From an uncultured Chloroflexia bacterium (lineage in GTDB: Bacteria > Chloroflexota > Limnocylindria > Limnocylindrales > CSP1-4), in NCBI GenBank assembly GCA_963746845.1, contig CAVVCZ010000002.1:192001-256000 (forward strand): a stretch of 64,000 nt of DNA, given 5' to 3'. The notes under the pieces were generated by a model. The model did no database searches. It had not been told where the DNA came from and worked only from the letters and a program-made list of their open reading frames with translations. Shown one piece after another: positions 27,701-36,073 of this stretch (positions are counted from its first letter, which is position 1; each line of letters begins with the position of its first letter). Position numbers and translations under genes: made by a program.

Positions 27701-28591
27701 CGAACGCCGCCGGCGATCGTCGCCACGGCGCCCGCGTCGTTCTCGCCGAACGGCGACGGCGTCGCCGACACCGCCCGGCTCGCGTGGTCGACGCCCGAGG
27801 CGATCACGGGCACCGCCCGGATCTATCACGGCTCGACGCTCATCCGCTCGTGGTCGATCACGAGGGCGGCCGCCGGAGCGGTCACCTGGACCGGCACGAG
27901 CACGTCCGGGAGCCGGGTCGCCGATGGCTCCTACACGATCCGCGTCAGCGGCCGCGACGCGGCCGGCAACGTCGCAGCGCGCTCGGTCGCGATCAAGGTC
28001 GATCGGACGCTGGCCTCGGTCCGCTGGACGCCGGCCGCGTTCTTCGTGCAGGACGGCGACGCGTTCGCGCCGACGGCGACCGTGACCTTCAAGCAGAGCC
28101 GGACCGCGAAGGTGAGCGCGGCGATCTACGCCGGGCCGACGCTCGTGCGGACGATCTGGACCAACCGGAGCCTCGGCGCCGGGACGCACGCCTGGACGTG
28201 GGACGGACGGAACGCGGTCGGCGGTATCGCGCCGCGCGGGACGTACACGGTCCGGATCACCGCGGTCAGCGCGATCGGCACCTCCGTCCTGAGCCGCAGC
28301 ATCCTCCTCGACGCGTTCGCGGTGGGCCTGTCCGCCGCCACGGTCACGGCCGGTCAAACCCTGACGATCACGCTGTCGCCGACCGAGCCGTTGAAGGCGG
28401 CCCCGACGGTGACCTTCACCCAGCGCGGCCGGGCGCCGGTCACCAAGGCGGCGGCGTCGATCGGTGGCGGCCGCTACCGCGTGTCCTTCACGGTGGCGAC
28501 GAAGGGCGTGGGAACGGCGACGATCGCGATCTCCGGACGGGACGTTCGGGGCGGCCTCAACACGACTTCCCGCACGGTCGCGGTCCGATGA
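24788..28591 (+). CDS. Secreted GH18-family glycoside hydrolase with FN3-like, SH3-like and FlgD-Ig domains
   Basis: GFLPYWE, ADGVNLDFE, IMGYDY, KLILGVPYYG and GIWALGYD; SPNGD repeats. Confidence 0.88.
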   Translation: MSSRNRRFPVRRGRPASVTLLVLALLASGASPGTTHAAAPDPVPVRLAIPSTDVADRGEDGEPAPATAASDAIADVGGLQPSIQYVEALAHEHDRIAFTPGARVAVPFTPRAGDRWSVGGAVPTGLPSGRLDGRAMRTEPPGHSDGPTRPLPDRSIDLPNEMGRGIRSISASYVPEAATGTVTTQATVTRTGLRREIFGFLPYWELNATSLRLDYKRISTIAYFGIGADAAGNLQRRNPDGSTSVGWSGWTSSKLTGIISAAHKAHTRVVLTVQSFGWNSSGLARQRSLLGSPTARANLARQIAAAVRDRGADGVNLDFEPLARGYDTEFTALVRGIRSQLNRIHPGYQITFDTTGSIGNYPIEAATAAGGADAIFIMGYDYRTSGSSPVGSIAPLNRDGYDIRDTIAAYTARVPASKLILGVPYYGRAWSTPSNVPNASNTSSAKTGPSTTVTYDTAADYLAQYGRKFDATEGVAWTAYRRQNCTATYGCVTSWRQLYVDDAAAIGRKYDLVNAYNLRGAGIWALGYDGTRPQLWNAIQAKFITDSTPPTVGIRTLPVRSVNPGIPVAWTGTDDVAIASYDTQVSTDGGAWATWLTATKAGSAVWPGVDGHVYAFRVRARDLSGNRSAWNVVSTAGQAGPALAVGGFGVVRLDRVGVRSAPDASAARIARVSSGALLAIVGGPKTADGFTWYQVVGPLTEWTALRPVIRGGWIAARSGGQVVVAPAKAPNATRIDAYLGHLTFNGTGGASVGSSASAVGQRAFSPNGDRSRDAIRIDWTNAVSLDRLVLRVFRANGSLVGEVPVAQRSKGAQTTTWNGSVGGHRLIDGRYLVSLIGRKGATTYYNPASTFRPASLGAYGVTIDRVAPTVKAASATGSLISPNGDKVLDSVKVSLSAGGATVWAFGVAPVLGTRTGRPILIRSGSGSAASVTWSGQTSAGTIAPDGTYRLQLLVGDPAGNRVSRSWTVRLDRTPPAIVATAPASFSPNGDGVADTARLAWSTPEAITGTARIYHGSTLIRSWSITRAAAGAVTWTGTSTSGSRVADGSYTIRVSGRDAAGNVAARSVAIKVDRTLASVRWTPAAFFVQDGDAFAPTATVTFKQSRTAKVSAAIYAGPTLVRTIWTNRSLGAGTHAWTWDGRNAVGGIAPRGTYTVRITAVSAIGTSVLSRSILLDAFAVGLSAATVTAGQTLTITLSPTEPLKAAPTVTFTQRGRAPVTKAAASIGGGRYRVSFTVATKGVGTATIAISGRDVRGGLNTTSRTVAVR

Positions 28592-28614
28592 GCGGCGTCT
28601 ACACTGGCCCGACG

Positions 28615-29451
28615 ATGACGACCGATGCCCGCTCCGACGCGGTCTCCGTGGCCCTCGCCGACGGTCCGGCGACGGAGCCCGACCCGCGCTCCGCCGGCGA
28701 CGGCGTCTGGATCGTCCTCCCGACCTTCAACGAGGCCGAGAACCTCGGGCCAATCAGCGCGGCCATCCTGCTCGCGCTCCCCCGCGCGACGCTCCTCGTG
28801 GTCGACGACGGATCACCCGACGGCACCGGCCGGATCGCCGACGACATGGCCGGCGTCGATGCTCGGATCCGGGTCCGCCATCGCGCGGCGAAGCAGGGGC
28901 TGGGACGGGCTTATCTCGACGGGTTCGGCGTCGCTCTCGTCGGCGGCGCGTCCACGATCGTCCAGATGGACGCGGACTGGTCGCATGATCCGACGTCGCT
29001 GCCGGCGCTCATCCGGGCGGTCGAGCACGGCGATGCCGACCTCGTGATCGGCTCGCGCTACGTCAAGGGCGGCGGTGTCGTCGACTGGGGGATCGGCCGG
29101 CGGCTGATCTCGCGTGGGGGCAGCCTGTTCGCCCGGATGGTCCTCGGGCTCGGGCCGCACGACCTGACCGGCGGCTTCAAGGCCTGGCGGTCCTCGACGC
29201 TCGCGGCGATCCCGTTCGACGGGGTCCATGCGGGCGGCTACGTCTTCCAGATCGAGATGACCTTCCGGGCTGCCCGTCGAGGCGCGCGGATCCGGGAGAT
29301 CCCGATCACCTTCCGCGATCGACGGGTCGGCCAGTCGAAGATGAGCCGGCGGATCGTGGCCGAGGCGCTCGTCGTCGTCGTCCAGCTCCGGGCCGAGGAG
29401 ATCTGGGCGCGACTCCGGCGGTCCACGCCAAGCGAGGCCGAGACGCGGTGA
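28615..29451 (+). CDS. Polyprenol-monophosphomannose synthase-like GT2
   Basis: PTFNEAEN, VDDGSPDGT, QMDADWSHDP, DLTGGFK and GYVFQIE; alternative start at 28588. Confidence 0.9.
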   Translation: MTTDARSDAVSVALADGPATEPDPRSAGDGVWIVLPTFNEAENLGPISAAILLALPRATLLVVDDGSPDGTGRIADDMAGVDARIRVRHRAAKQGLGRAYLDGFGVALVGGASTIVQMDADWSHDPTSLPALIRAVEHGDADLVIGSRYVKGGGVVDWGIGRRLISRGGSLFARMVLGLGPHDLTGGFKAWRSSTLAAIPFDGVHAGGYVFQIEMTFRAARRGARIREIPITFRDRRVGQSKMSRRIVAEALVVVVQLRAEEIWARLRRSTPSEAETR

Positions 29452-30809
29452 CGATGCCGGCGATGCCGCTGGACGGGACTCCATCCCGCCTCGCGGCCGC
29501 CGCCGACGACCCGCCGGCCGGCGTCCGCGTCGTCCTCGACGCCCGCCCGATCCAGGAGCCCGAGCGGTCGCCGCTCACCGCGGCGTACCTGCGGGGCCTG
29601 CTCGGGGCATTCGATGCGGCGCCGCTCGTCGGGGAATCGTTCGCGCTCCTCCTCCGGTCCGACCTCGACGACCCGACGGTCGCGTACCCGGATCTCGATG
29701 TCGTCGGTCGGCGCCTGCTGCCACCCACCCACCTCCTCCGCTCGGCGGCGCTGACGATCGACCCGCTCGTCCTGAGCGGGGCCAGCATCGGCGCCGCGTG
29801 GCGCGCGTCGGCGGGCGGCGCGGCCGGTGCGGTGTACCACGCTGTCGGGGCGTCGGTGCCACTGCTGACGGGCCTGCCCCTCGTCGTGACCCTCCTCGAC
29901 CTGGCGCCGTGGGAGCTCGCCGGCTCCTACCAGCGGACACCCACCACCCGGTTCGGCCAGCGGCTCCGGGGCCGGCTGCTCCGCGAGGCGGCCGCCGTGA
30001 TCGTCGGCAGTGAGGCCGCCGCGACGGCCGCCCGGCGCCTGCTTCACGTCCGCCGCGACCGGATCCGGGTCATCCCGTTCGCGCCGCGCCCGGCGTTCAC
30101 GTTCTGGCCCGGACCCGGGGCCGGGACCACCGGGCCCGGCACGGGCAAGCCGAACGCGTCGACGAAGGTCGTCGCCGCGGGGCGTCCCCGGGCCGACACC
30201 CGCGCCGAGCGGGAGCGGCTCGGCTTGCCCGAGCGGTACTTCGTCTATTCCGGCCGCTACGACGCCCGCCAGGACCTCGCGACGCTCCTCCGGGCGCTCG
30301 AGCTGCTCGGGCGGCTCGGCCGGCCCGCGGAGCTGCCCGAGGCGGTCTCGTGGCCGCCGCGTGTCCTCCTGCTCGACGCCTCGCCCGGCGATCGTGCCTC
30401 CCTGGCACGGGCTGCCGGCCGGGTCGACGTCGGCGAGACCCTGGCCTACGCCCCGCGGCTGTCGGACGATCGCGTCGCGGCGCTCGTGCGCGGCGCGCGG
30501 GCGGCGCTGTTGCCGGCGGTGTCCGATGCGATGGGCCTTCCGGCGATCGAGGCGATCGCCTGCGGGACGCCCGTCGTCGCGTCGGCGGTCGGCTCGCTGC
30601 CCGAGATCGTCGGCACCGCGGGGATCCTCGTCGAGCCACGCAACCCCGAGCGGCTCGCCTCGGCGCTCGCCACGGTCTGGGCCGACGAGCGTGTCCACGA
30701 CGGGCTGGCGGGCGTGGCTCGTGACCGGGCGGAGGCGAACGCCTGGACGCCGGCCGACGTCGCGCTCGCGACGCGCCGGGTCTACGCGGAGGCGGCCGCG
30801 CGCCGCTGA
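29448..30809 (+). CDS. GT4 glycosyltransferase (mannosyltransferase-like)
   Basis: GLPAIEAIACGTPVVAS and SLPEIVG. Confidence 0.85.
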   Translation: MTMPAMPLDGTPSRLAAAADDPPAGVRVVLDARPIQEPERSPLTAAYLRGLLGAFDAAPLVGESFALLLRSDLDDPTVAYPDLDVVGRRLLPPTHLLRSAALTIDPLVLSGASIGAAWRASAGGAAGAVYHAVGASVPLLTGLPLVVTLLDLAPWELAGSYQRTPTTRFGQRLRGRLLREAAAVIVGSEAAATAARRLLHVRRDRIRVIPFAPRPAFTFWPGPGAGTTGPGTGKPNASTKVVAAGRPRADTRAERERLGLPERYFVYSGRYDARQDLATLLRALELLGRLGRPAELPEAVSWPPRVLLLDASPGDRASLARAAGRVDVGETLAYAPRLSDDRVAALVRGARAALLPAVSDAMGLPAIEAIACGTPVVASAVGSLPEIVGTAGILVEPRNPERLASALATVWADERVHDGLAGVARDRAEANAWTPADVALATRRVYAEAAARR

Positions 30810-30816
30810 GCCGAGG

Positions 30817-32055
30817 TCAGGACGGGCTCGGGCTCGGGCTCGGGCTCGCGCCGGGTGCCGACGGGCTCGGCGCCGGAGTGGCCGGCGCCGGCTTGCCGGC
30901 GGTGAACGTCAGCTTCGAGCCGTACGGCATCACCTGGACGAAGGTCTGGCCGACCGTGAGCGTGACCGGTTTGCCCTTCTTGTCGAAGAACCGGGTCGGC
31001 GACGTCAGGGCGGTCTTCTTCCAGGTGCCCTGGATCGTCTTGCCGTTCGTCGCGATCCAGGCCGGTCCGGAGCCGACGACGGTCGCCTCGAGACGGTGCT
31101 TCTTCGACCCGTCGTTGAGCGGTCCGAAGTGCATCAGCATGACGATGACGTTCTTCGGCGCGACCCGCTGCTTCGTCGAGGCGTCGATCTGCTTCTTCTC
31201 GCTCGTGTTCGAGCGGAGGTAGGTGTTCGTCGTGCGGTCGTAGTCGTACCGGATCCTGTTGGCCGAGTAGTTGACGAGGATCTGGCCACCGACCGGGCGC
31301 TGGTCCAGCGGCGCGTCCGGGGCGAAGGTCCACGGCCACTTGATCGTGCCGTCCTTGGCGCCGACCGACGAGACGAGCCGGCGGAGCTGCTTGCCGGTCG
31401 TGTACAGGTTGTGCGGCGCGAAGCGGGTCTTGATCCGGCGGAACGAGCCGCCCCAGCGGAACTCGTCGGTGTTGTAGACGAGCTGGCCGTTGCCCTTCGC
31501 ACGGAGCGTCGCGAGAGCCTGCGGCGAGCCGCCGGCGTGGGTGTACACCGCACGGAGCTCGGCCGCCCACGCGATGAAGTAGTAGCGCGAGCTGCGGACG
31601 GGCCCGACGTCGGTCGGGATGTTCTCCTGGAAGACCATCATGTAGCGCGGGATGCCGCCCTCGGCGGGCGCCTGCCAGACGATCGACGCGGCGCTGAACC
31701 CCGATTGCGGGCGGGCCGGCGAGAGGTCGTCGATCATCACGGCGATCGGGTGACGGGTCGCCGCCGCGGGCGTCACGAGGCGGCCGGTCAGGGGCGCCGG
31801 CACGAGGACGGGCGTCGGGGCGGGTGTCGGCGACGGCGAGAGGGTCGGCGACGGGCTGGACGGCTCCCCCGACGCACTCGCGCTCGGGCTCTCCTCGGGG
31901 GCCGCGGACGGCGGCGTGCTTCCGAGGCCGGCGATCAGCCCCGATCCGGTCGGGGCGGACGAGGACGGCCCCGACAGGACGCCGGCGAATGCGCCGAACG
32001 CGATTCCGCCGACGACCGCGAGGGCGGCAATACCCGCGAAGGCCGCGCGCTTCAC
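30817..32055 (-). CDS. DUF3048 domain exported protein (YerB-like) with Ser/Pro linkers
   Basis: APLTG, AVMIDD, ARPQSG, EGGIPR, GPVRSSR and APHNLY; start approximate. Confidence 0.88.
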   Translation of the reverse strand: MKRAAFAGIAALAVVGGIAFGAFAGVLSGPSSSAPTGSGLIAGLGSTPPSAAPEESPSASASGEPSSPSPTLSPSPTPAPTPVLVPAPLTGRLVTPAAATRHPIAVMIDDLSPARPQSGFSAASIVWQAPAEGGIPRYMMVFQENIPTDVGPVRSSRYYFIAWAAELRAVYTHAGGSPQALATLRAKGNGQLVYNTDEFRWGGSFRRIKTRFAPHNLYTTGKQLRRLVSSVGAKDGTIKWPWTFAPDAPLDQRPVGGQILVNYSANRIRYDYDRTTNTYLRSNTSEKKQIDASTKQRVAPKNVIVMLMHFGPLNDGSKKHRLEATVVGSGPAWIATNGKTIQGTWKKTALTSPTRFFDKKGKPVTLTVGQTFVQVMPYGSKLTFTAGKPAPATPAPSPSAPGASPSPSPSPS

Positions 32056-32304
32056 CCTTTCGACCGGGAGCTGGGAGACATCTGGGGGTTCCCTCGCTGG
32101 CCCGCGCCACCGGCGCGGGGTCGTCGGTCGTCCTGTCGGAGCGGCCGGGACGGCACGGCGCGCAGGATACGACATCCCGCCGATTCGCCTGTCCACCGGA
32201 CGCCGACCACCCCTCGACCGTGACGGTCGACGACCGGCGCGGTAGGCTGACGGCCCAGCACCGGACGGGCCCGCCGCGGTGATCCTGGACGACGGAGGGA
32301 CCTG

Positions 32305-33111
32305 ATGACCGAGCGTGAGACTCCGGATCCGTCGACCGACGCGGCCCTCGCCGGCGCGGAGGCGGCGGCGGAGGAGGAAGCGGCGATCGAGGCGGCCGGC
32401 GGTTCGTCCGCGGTGACACCGAAGGCCCGGACGAGCAGCCGTCGGTCCAGTGGGGCGGGCAAGGCCGATCCGTCGCTGACGGCCGCCGGCTCGGCCAAGG
32501 CGTCGTCGAAGCCATCGTCCTCGAAGCGCACGGCCGCGAAGACCACGACGCCGAAGGTCGCGTCGACCGCGAAGGCGCCGGCCACCGCGAAGGCTCCGGC
32601 CGGCCCGAAGGCACCCTCCGAGGCGGAAGCCGCATCGACGGCCCCGGCCGCCCTCCCGTCCGAGCCGCCGCGGTCCGTCACCGGCGACACGTTGACCGTG
32701 AGCCAGGGCGGGCTCCAGACCGTCCACGCGACGAACATCGACGTCCACCAGGGCGGGATCGCCCGCGCCGACGCGACGGACATCGCCGTCTCGCAGGGCG
32801 GCGTGGCGCTCGCCCGCGGCGACCGCGTCTCGGTCGAGCTCGGCGGGATCGGCGCCGCGTTCGCGAACGAGGTCCGACTGACCCAGGGTGCGGTCGGGGC
32901 GATCGTCGCGCGCGATGTCCAGATCGAGCAGTCGGTCGTCCGGACGGTCGTCGCGAACGAGTTCCACGCGCGCCAGACCACCGGCGTCCTGTTCCTCGTC
33001 GCGCGGCACGTCGAAGGCGATGTCCGGACGCTCCTCGACTGGCGGGGAGCCATCGCGATCGGGGCCGCGTTCGGCGTCGTGACATCCCTGCTCCGGCGGG
33101 GCCGGCGCTAG
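32305..33111 (+). CDS. Hypothetical protein: Ala/Lys/Ser-rich N-terminus, xQGG repeat region, C-terminal TM
   Basis: GGAGGG RBS; VSQGG/VHQGG/VSQGG/LTQGA repeats. Confidence 0.75.
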   Translation: MTERETPDPSTDAALAGAEAAAEEEAAIEAAGGSSAVTPKARTSSRRSSGAGKADPSLTAAGSAKASSKPSSSKRTAAKTTTPKVASTAKAPATAKAPAGPKAPSEAEAASTAPAALPSEPPRSVTGDTLTVSQGGLQTVHATNIDVHQGGIARADATDIAVSQGGVALARGDRVSVELGGIGAAFANEVRLTQGAVGAIVARDVQIEQSVVRTVVANEFHARQTTGVLFLVARHVEGDVRTLLDWRGAIAIGAAFGVVTSLLRRGRR

Positions 33112-33198
33112 ACGTCGTCGGGCGCGGCGGTCGGAGGGCCGGCTCGGGATATACTCGCGGCGCTTTCCGACCGCCCAGCAGGAGCGTCCGACCGACCC

Positions 33199-33870
33199 GT
33201 GATCGACCCCTCCGCGCGCGTCCATGCGACCGCGGACCTCGAGCCAGACGTGACCGTCGGGCCGGGAACCGGCATCTGGCACCGGGCACAGATCCGGACC
33301 GGCGCCCGACTCGGCGCCGAGTGCATCGTCGGACGGGACGTCTTCATCGACGAAGGCGTCGTGATCGGCGACCGCGTGAAGATCCAGAACGGCGCCCTCA
33401 TCTATCACGGCGTGAGCGTCGGGAACGGCGTCTTCATCGGACCCGGCGCGATCCTGACGAACGACCGCTACCCGCGGGCGATCACCTCGACCGGCGAGCT
33501 CGCCCGGGCCACCGACTGGGCGGTCAGCCCGATCGTCCTCGAGGACGGCTGCTCGATCGGGGCCGGGGCGGTGGTCGTCGCCGGCGTCACGGTCGGGCGG
33601 TACGCGACGGTGGGTGCCGGGGCCGTCGTCACGCGCGATGTCTCGAGGCACGCCCTCGTCGTCGGCAGCCCGGCCCGTCGGATCGGCTGGGTCTGCGCCT
33701 GCGGTGCACGGCTCGTCGATTTGGTCGGCGACCCGGTCCAGGCCGTGCCGCCACCCTACGCCGCCCACCGAGAGCTGCTGTGCGGCACCTGCAAGCGTGT
33801 CTACGCCTACGTCCCCGACGCCGAGACCCTCGAGGAGCGGTCCGGCCCCCGCCAAGGAGCACCTGCATGA
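33199..33870 (+). CDS. Hexapeptide-repeat N-acetyltransferase (WbpD-like) with C-terminal Cys cluster
   Basis: KIQNG, FIGPGAILTND.YPR and VGSPARRIGWVCACG. Confidence 0.88.
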   Translation: MIDPSARVHATADLEPDVTVGPGTGIWHRAQIRTGARLGAECIVGRDVFIDEGVVIGDRVKIQNGALIYHGVSVGNGVFIGPGAILTNDRYPRAITSTGELARATDWAVSPIVLEDGCSIGAGAVVVAGVTVGRYATVGAGAVVTRDVSRHALVVGSPARRIGWVCACGARLVDLVGDPVQAVPPPYAAHRELLCGTCKRVYAYVPDAETLEERSGPRQGAPA

Positions 33871-35024
33871 TCCCGATCGCGCGCCCCGACATCGGCCAGG
33901 AAGAGATCGACGCCGTGACCGAGGTCCTGCAGAGCGGGATGATCGCCCAGGGCCGCAAGGTCAAGGAGCTCGAGGACCGCTGGGCCGAGTTCGTCGGGGT
34001 CAAGCACGCGGTCGCGACGGGCAACGGCACGCTCGCGCTGATGATGATCTTCAGCGGGATCGGCCTCGAGCCGGGCGACGAGGTGATCACCGTCAGCCAC
34101 ACGTTCGCGGCGACGGCGAACGCGATCCTGTCGACCGGGGCGACGCCGGTCTTCGTCGACATCGAGCCCGACACCTACGTGATCGACGCGAAGAAGATCG
34201 AGCGGGCCATCACGCCGCGGACGCGGGCGATCTGCCCGGTCCACCTGTTCGGCCTTGTCGCCGACATGGACATGATCCGGGCGATCGCCGACCGTCACGG
34301 GCTGGTCGTCGTCGAGGACGCGTGCCAGGCGCATGGGGCGACGTTCCGCGATCGGATGGCGGGCTCGTTCGGGCACGGGGCATTCAGCCTGTACGCGACC
34401 AAGAACATGACCACGGCCGAGGGCGGCTTCGTCACCACGAACGACGACGCATTCGCCGACTGGCTCCGCCTCTACCGGAACCAGGGCATGCGTGCCCGCT
34501 ACCAGTTCGAGATGCTCGGCTACAACTATCGGATGACGGACCTCGCGGCCGCGATCGGGCTGGCCCAGCTCGTGAAGCTGCCGCGGAATACGGCGCGTCG
34601 CCAGGCGATCGCGGCGCGCTACGACGGGGCATTCGGCGAGCTGCCGATCGGGCTGCCGATCACGCCGGACGGCCGGACCCACGTCTTTCACCAGTACACG
34701 ATCGAGGTCGGCGGTGCGCGCGATGCGATCGTCACGGAGCTGCGGGAGGCCGGCGTCGGCGCGGATATCTACTACCCGATCCCCGTCCATCGCCAGAGCT
34801 ACATCATGGAGCGGGGTCTCCACGCCGACCTGCCCGTCACCGACGCGGCCGCGTCGCGGACCCTCGCGCTGCCGATGTTCCCGGGTCTCTCCGACGCCGA
34901 GCAGGACCAGGTGATCGAGGCCGTCCGGGCAGCCGTCGCGAAGCACCTCGGGCCGGACGCCCGTGGCGCCGCGGGCTCCGACGGGGCCTCGGCCGCGGCG
35001 GGAGCCGCCGGGGCGGTGCGATGA
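33867..35024 (+). CDS. DegT/DnrJ/EryC1/StrS aminotransferase (WbpE-like)
   Basis: EDACQAHGA, FSLYATKNMTTAEGG and GYNYRM. Confidence 0.92.
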   Translation: MIPIARPDIGQEEIDAVTEVLQSGMIAQGRKVKELEDRWAEFVGVKHAVATGNGTLALMMIFSGIGLEPGDEVITVSHTFAATANAILSTGATPVFVDIEPDTYVIDAKKIERAITPRTRAICPVHLFGLVADMDMIRAIADRHGLVVVEDACQAHGATFRDRMAGSFGHGAFSLYATKNMTTAEGGFVTTNDDAFADWLRLYRNQGMRARYQFEMLGYNYRMTDLAAAIGLAQLVKLPRNTARRQAIAARYDGAFGELPIGLPITPDGRTHVFHQYTIEVGGARDAIVTELREAGVGADIYYPIPVHRQSYIMERGLHADLPVTDAAASRTLALPMFPGLSDAEQDQVIEAVRAAVAKHLGPDARGAAGSDGASAAAGAAGAVR

Positions 35025-36073
35025 CGTCGACCTGGCGGCCCGCCGGCACCCGCGAGCTGCGGGTGGGCCTGGCGGGCCTCGGGTCGATGGGCCGCAACCA
35101 CCTCCGCCTCCTGTCCGCCCGGGACGACGCCCGGCTCATCGCCGTGGCCGACCCGGTCGCGGCCGCGCTCGACGCCGCGACGGCCCAGTCGGGCGCCCAG
35201 GGCTTCGCCGAGCCGCTCGCGATGATCGCCGAGGCGGACCTCGACGCGGTCGTGGTCGCGGCGCCGACGACGGCCCACGTCCCGCTCGCCCTCGCGGCGA
35301 TCGAGCGGGGGATCGCGGTCCTCGTCGAGAAGCCCCTCGCGGCCACGATCGACGAGGCAGCACGGATCGTCGCTGCCGCGCGGAAGCACGGCGTGCCGGT
35401 CCAGGTCGGCCACATCGAGCGGTTCAACCCCGCCGTCCTCGAGCTCGGGCGCCTGATCGGGGAGGGCTGGCTGTCGTCGATCTACTCGATCGCCTCGCGC
35501 CGGGCGGGGCCGTTCCCCGTCAGGATCCGGGACGTGGGCGTGACCGTCGACCTGGCGACTCACGACGTCGACATCCTGAGCTGGATCGCCGGGGAGCGGC
35601 CGTCGCGGGTCTACGCCGAGACCGCCCAGCGGATCCACGCGACGAACGAGGACCTCCTGTTCGGGCTCCTTCACTTCCCGTCCGGCGCCACCGGGATGCT
35701 CGACGTCAACTGGCTGACCCCGGCGAAGCGTCGTCAGCTCCTCGTCGTCGGCGAGGAGGGGATGTTCGAGCTCGACTACCTGACCCAGCGGCTGACCTTC
35801 ACCAGGGCGACGGACACGACGAACCCGCGTCTGATCGGCGGCTATGCGCCGACGTTCGAGGGCGACCTGGTCGAGCTTCCGGTGGCGTCCACGGAGCCGC
35901 TGGCCGCCGAGCTCGATGCGTTCCTCGACGTCGTCCGGAACGGCGGCCGGCCGATCGTCGACGCCGAGGACGGCCTGTGGGCCGTCGCCATCGCCACCTC
36001 GCTCCTCACCGCCGCGGCCGAGGGCCGGGCGATCGACCTGACCACGCTGTCCTCGAGGTTCGCCACCGCATGA
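35021..36073 (+). CDS. Gfo/Idh/MocA oxidoreductase (WbpB-like 3-dehydrogenase)
   Basis: GLGSMGRNH, VEKPLA, GHIERFNPA and DLATHD. Confidence 0.9.
   Translation: MTSTWRPAGTRELRVGLAGLGSMGRNHLRLLSARDDARLIAVADPVAAALDAATAQSGAQGFAEPLAMIAEADLDAVVVAAPTTAHVPLALAAIERGIAVLVEKPLAATIDEAARIVAAARKHGVPVQVGHIERFNPAVLELGRLIGEGWLSSIYSIASRRAGPFPVRIRDVGVTVDLATHDVDILSWIAGERPSRVYAETAQRIHATNEDLLFGLLHFPSGATGMLDVNWLTPAKRRQLLVVGEEGMFELDYLTQRLTFTRATDTTNPRLIGGYAPTFEGDLVELPVASTEPLAAELDAFLDVVRNGGRPIVDAEDGLWAVAIATSLLTAAAEGRAIDLTTLSSRFATA

Noticed and set aside
30823-30849. GGGCTC hexamer tandem repeat
   Set aside because: Explained by the Ser-Pro tail of the DUF3048 protein on the minus strand
32056-33855. 1012-aa minus-strand ORF as a giant DUF3048 fusion
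   Set aside because: The upstream part is antisense to two real + strand genes; the signal/TM segment begins near 32055
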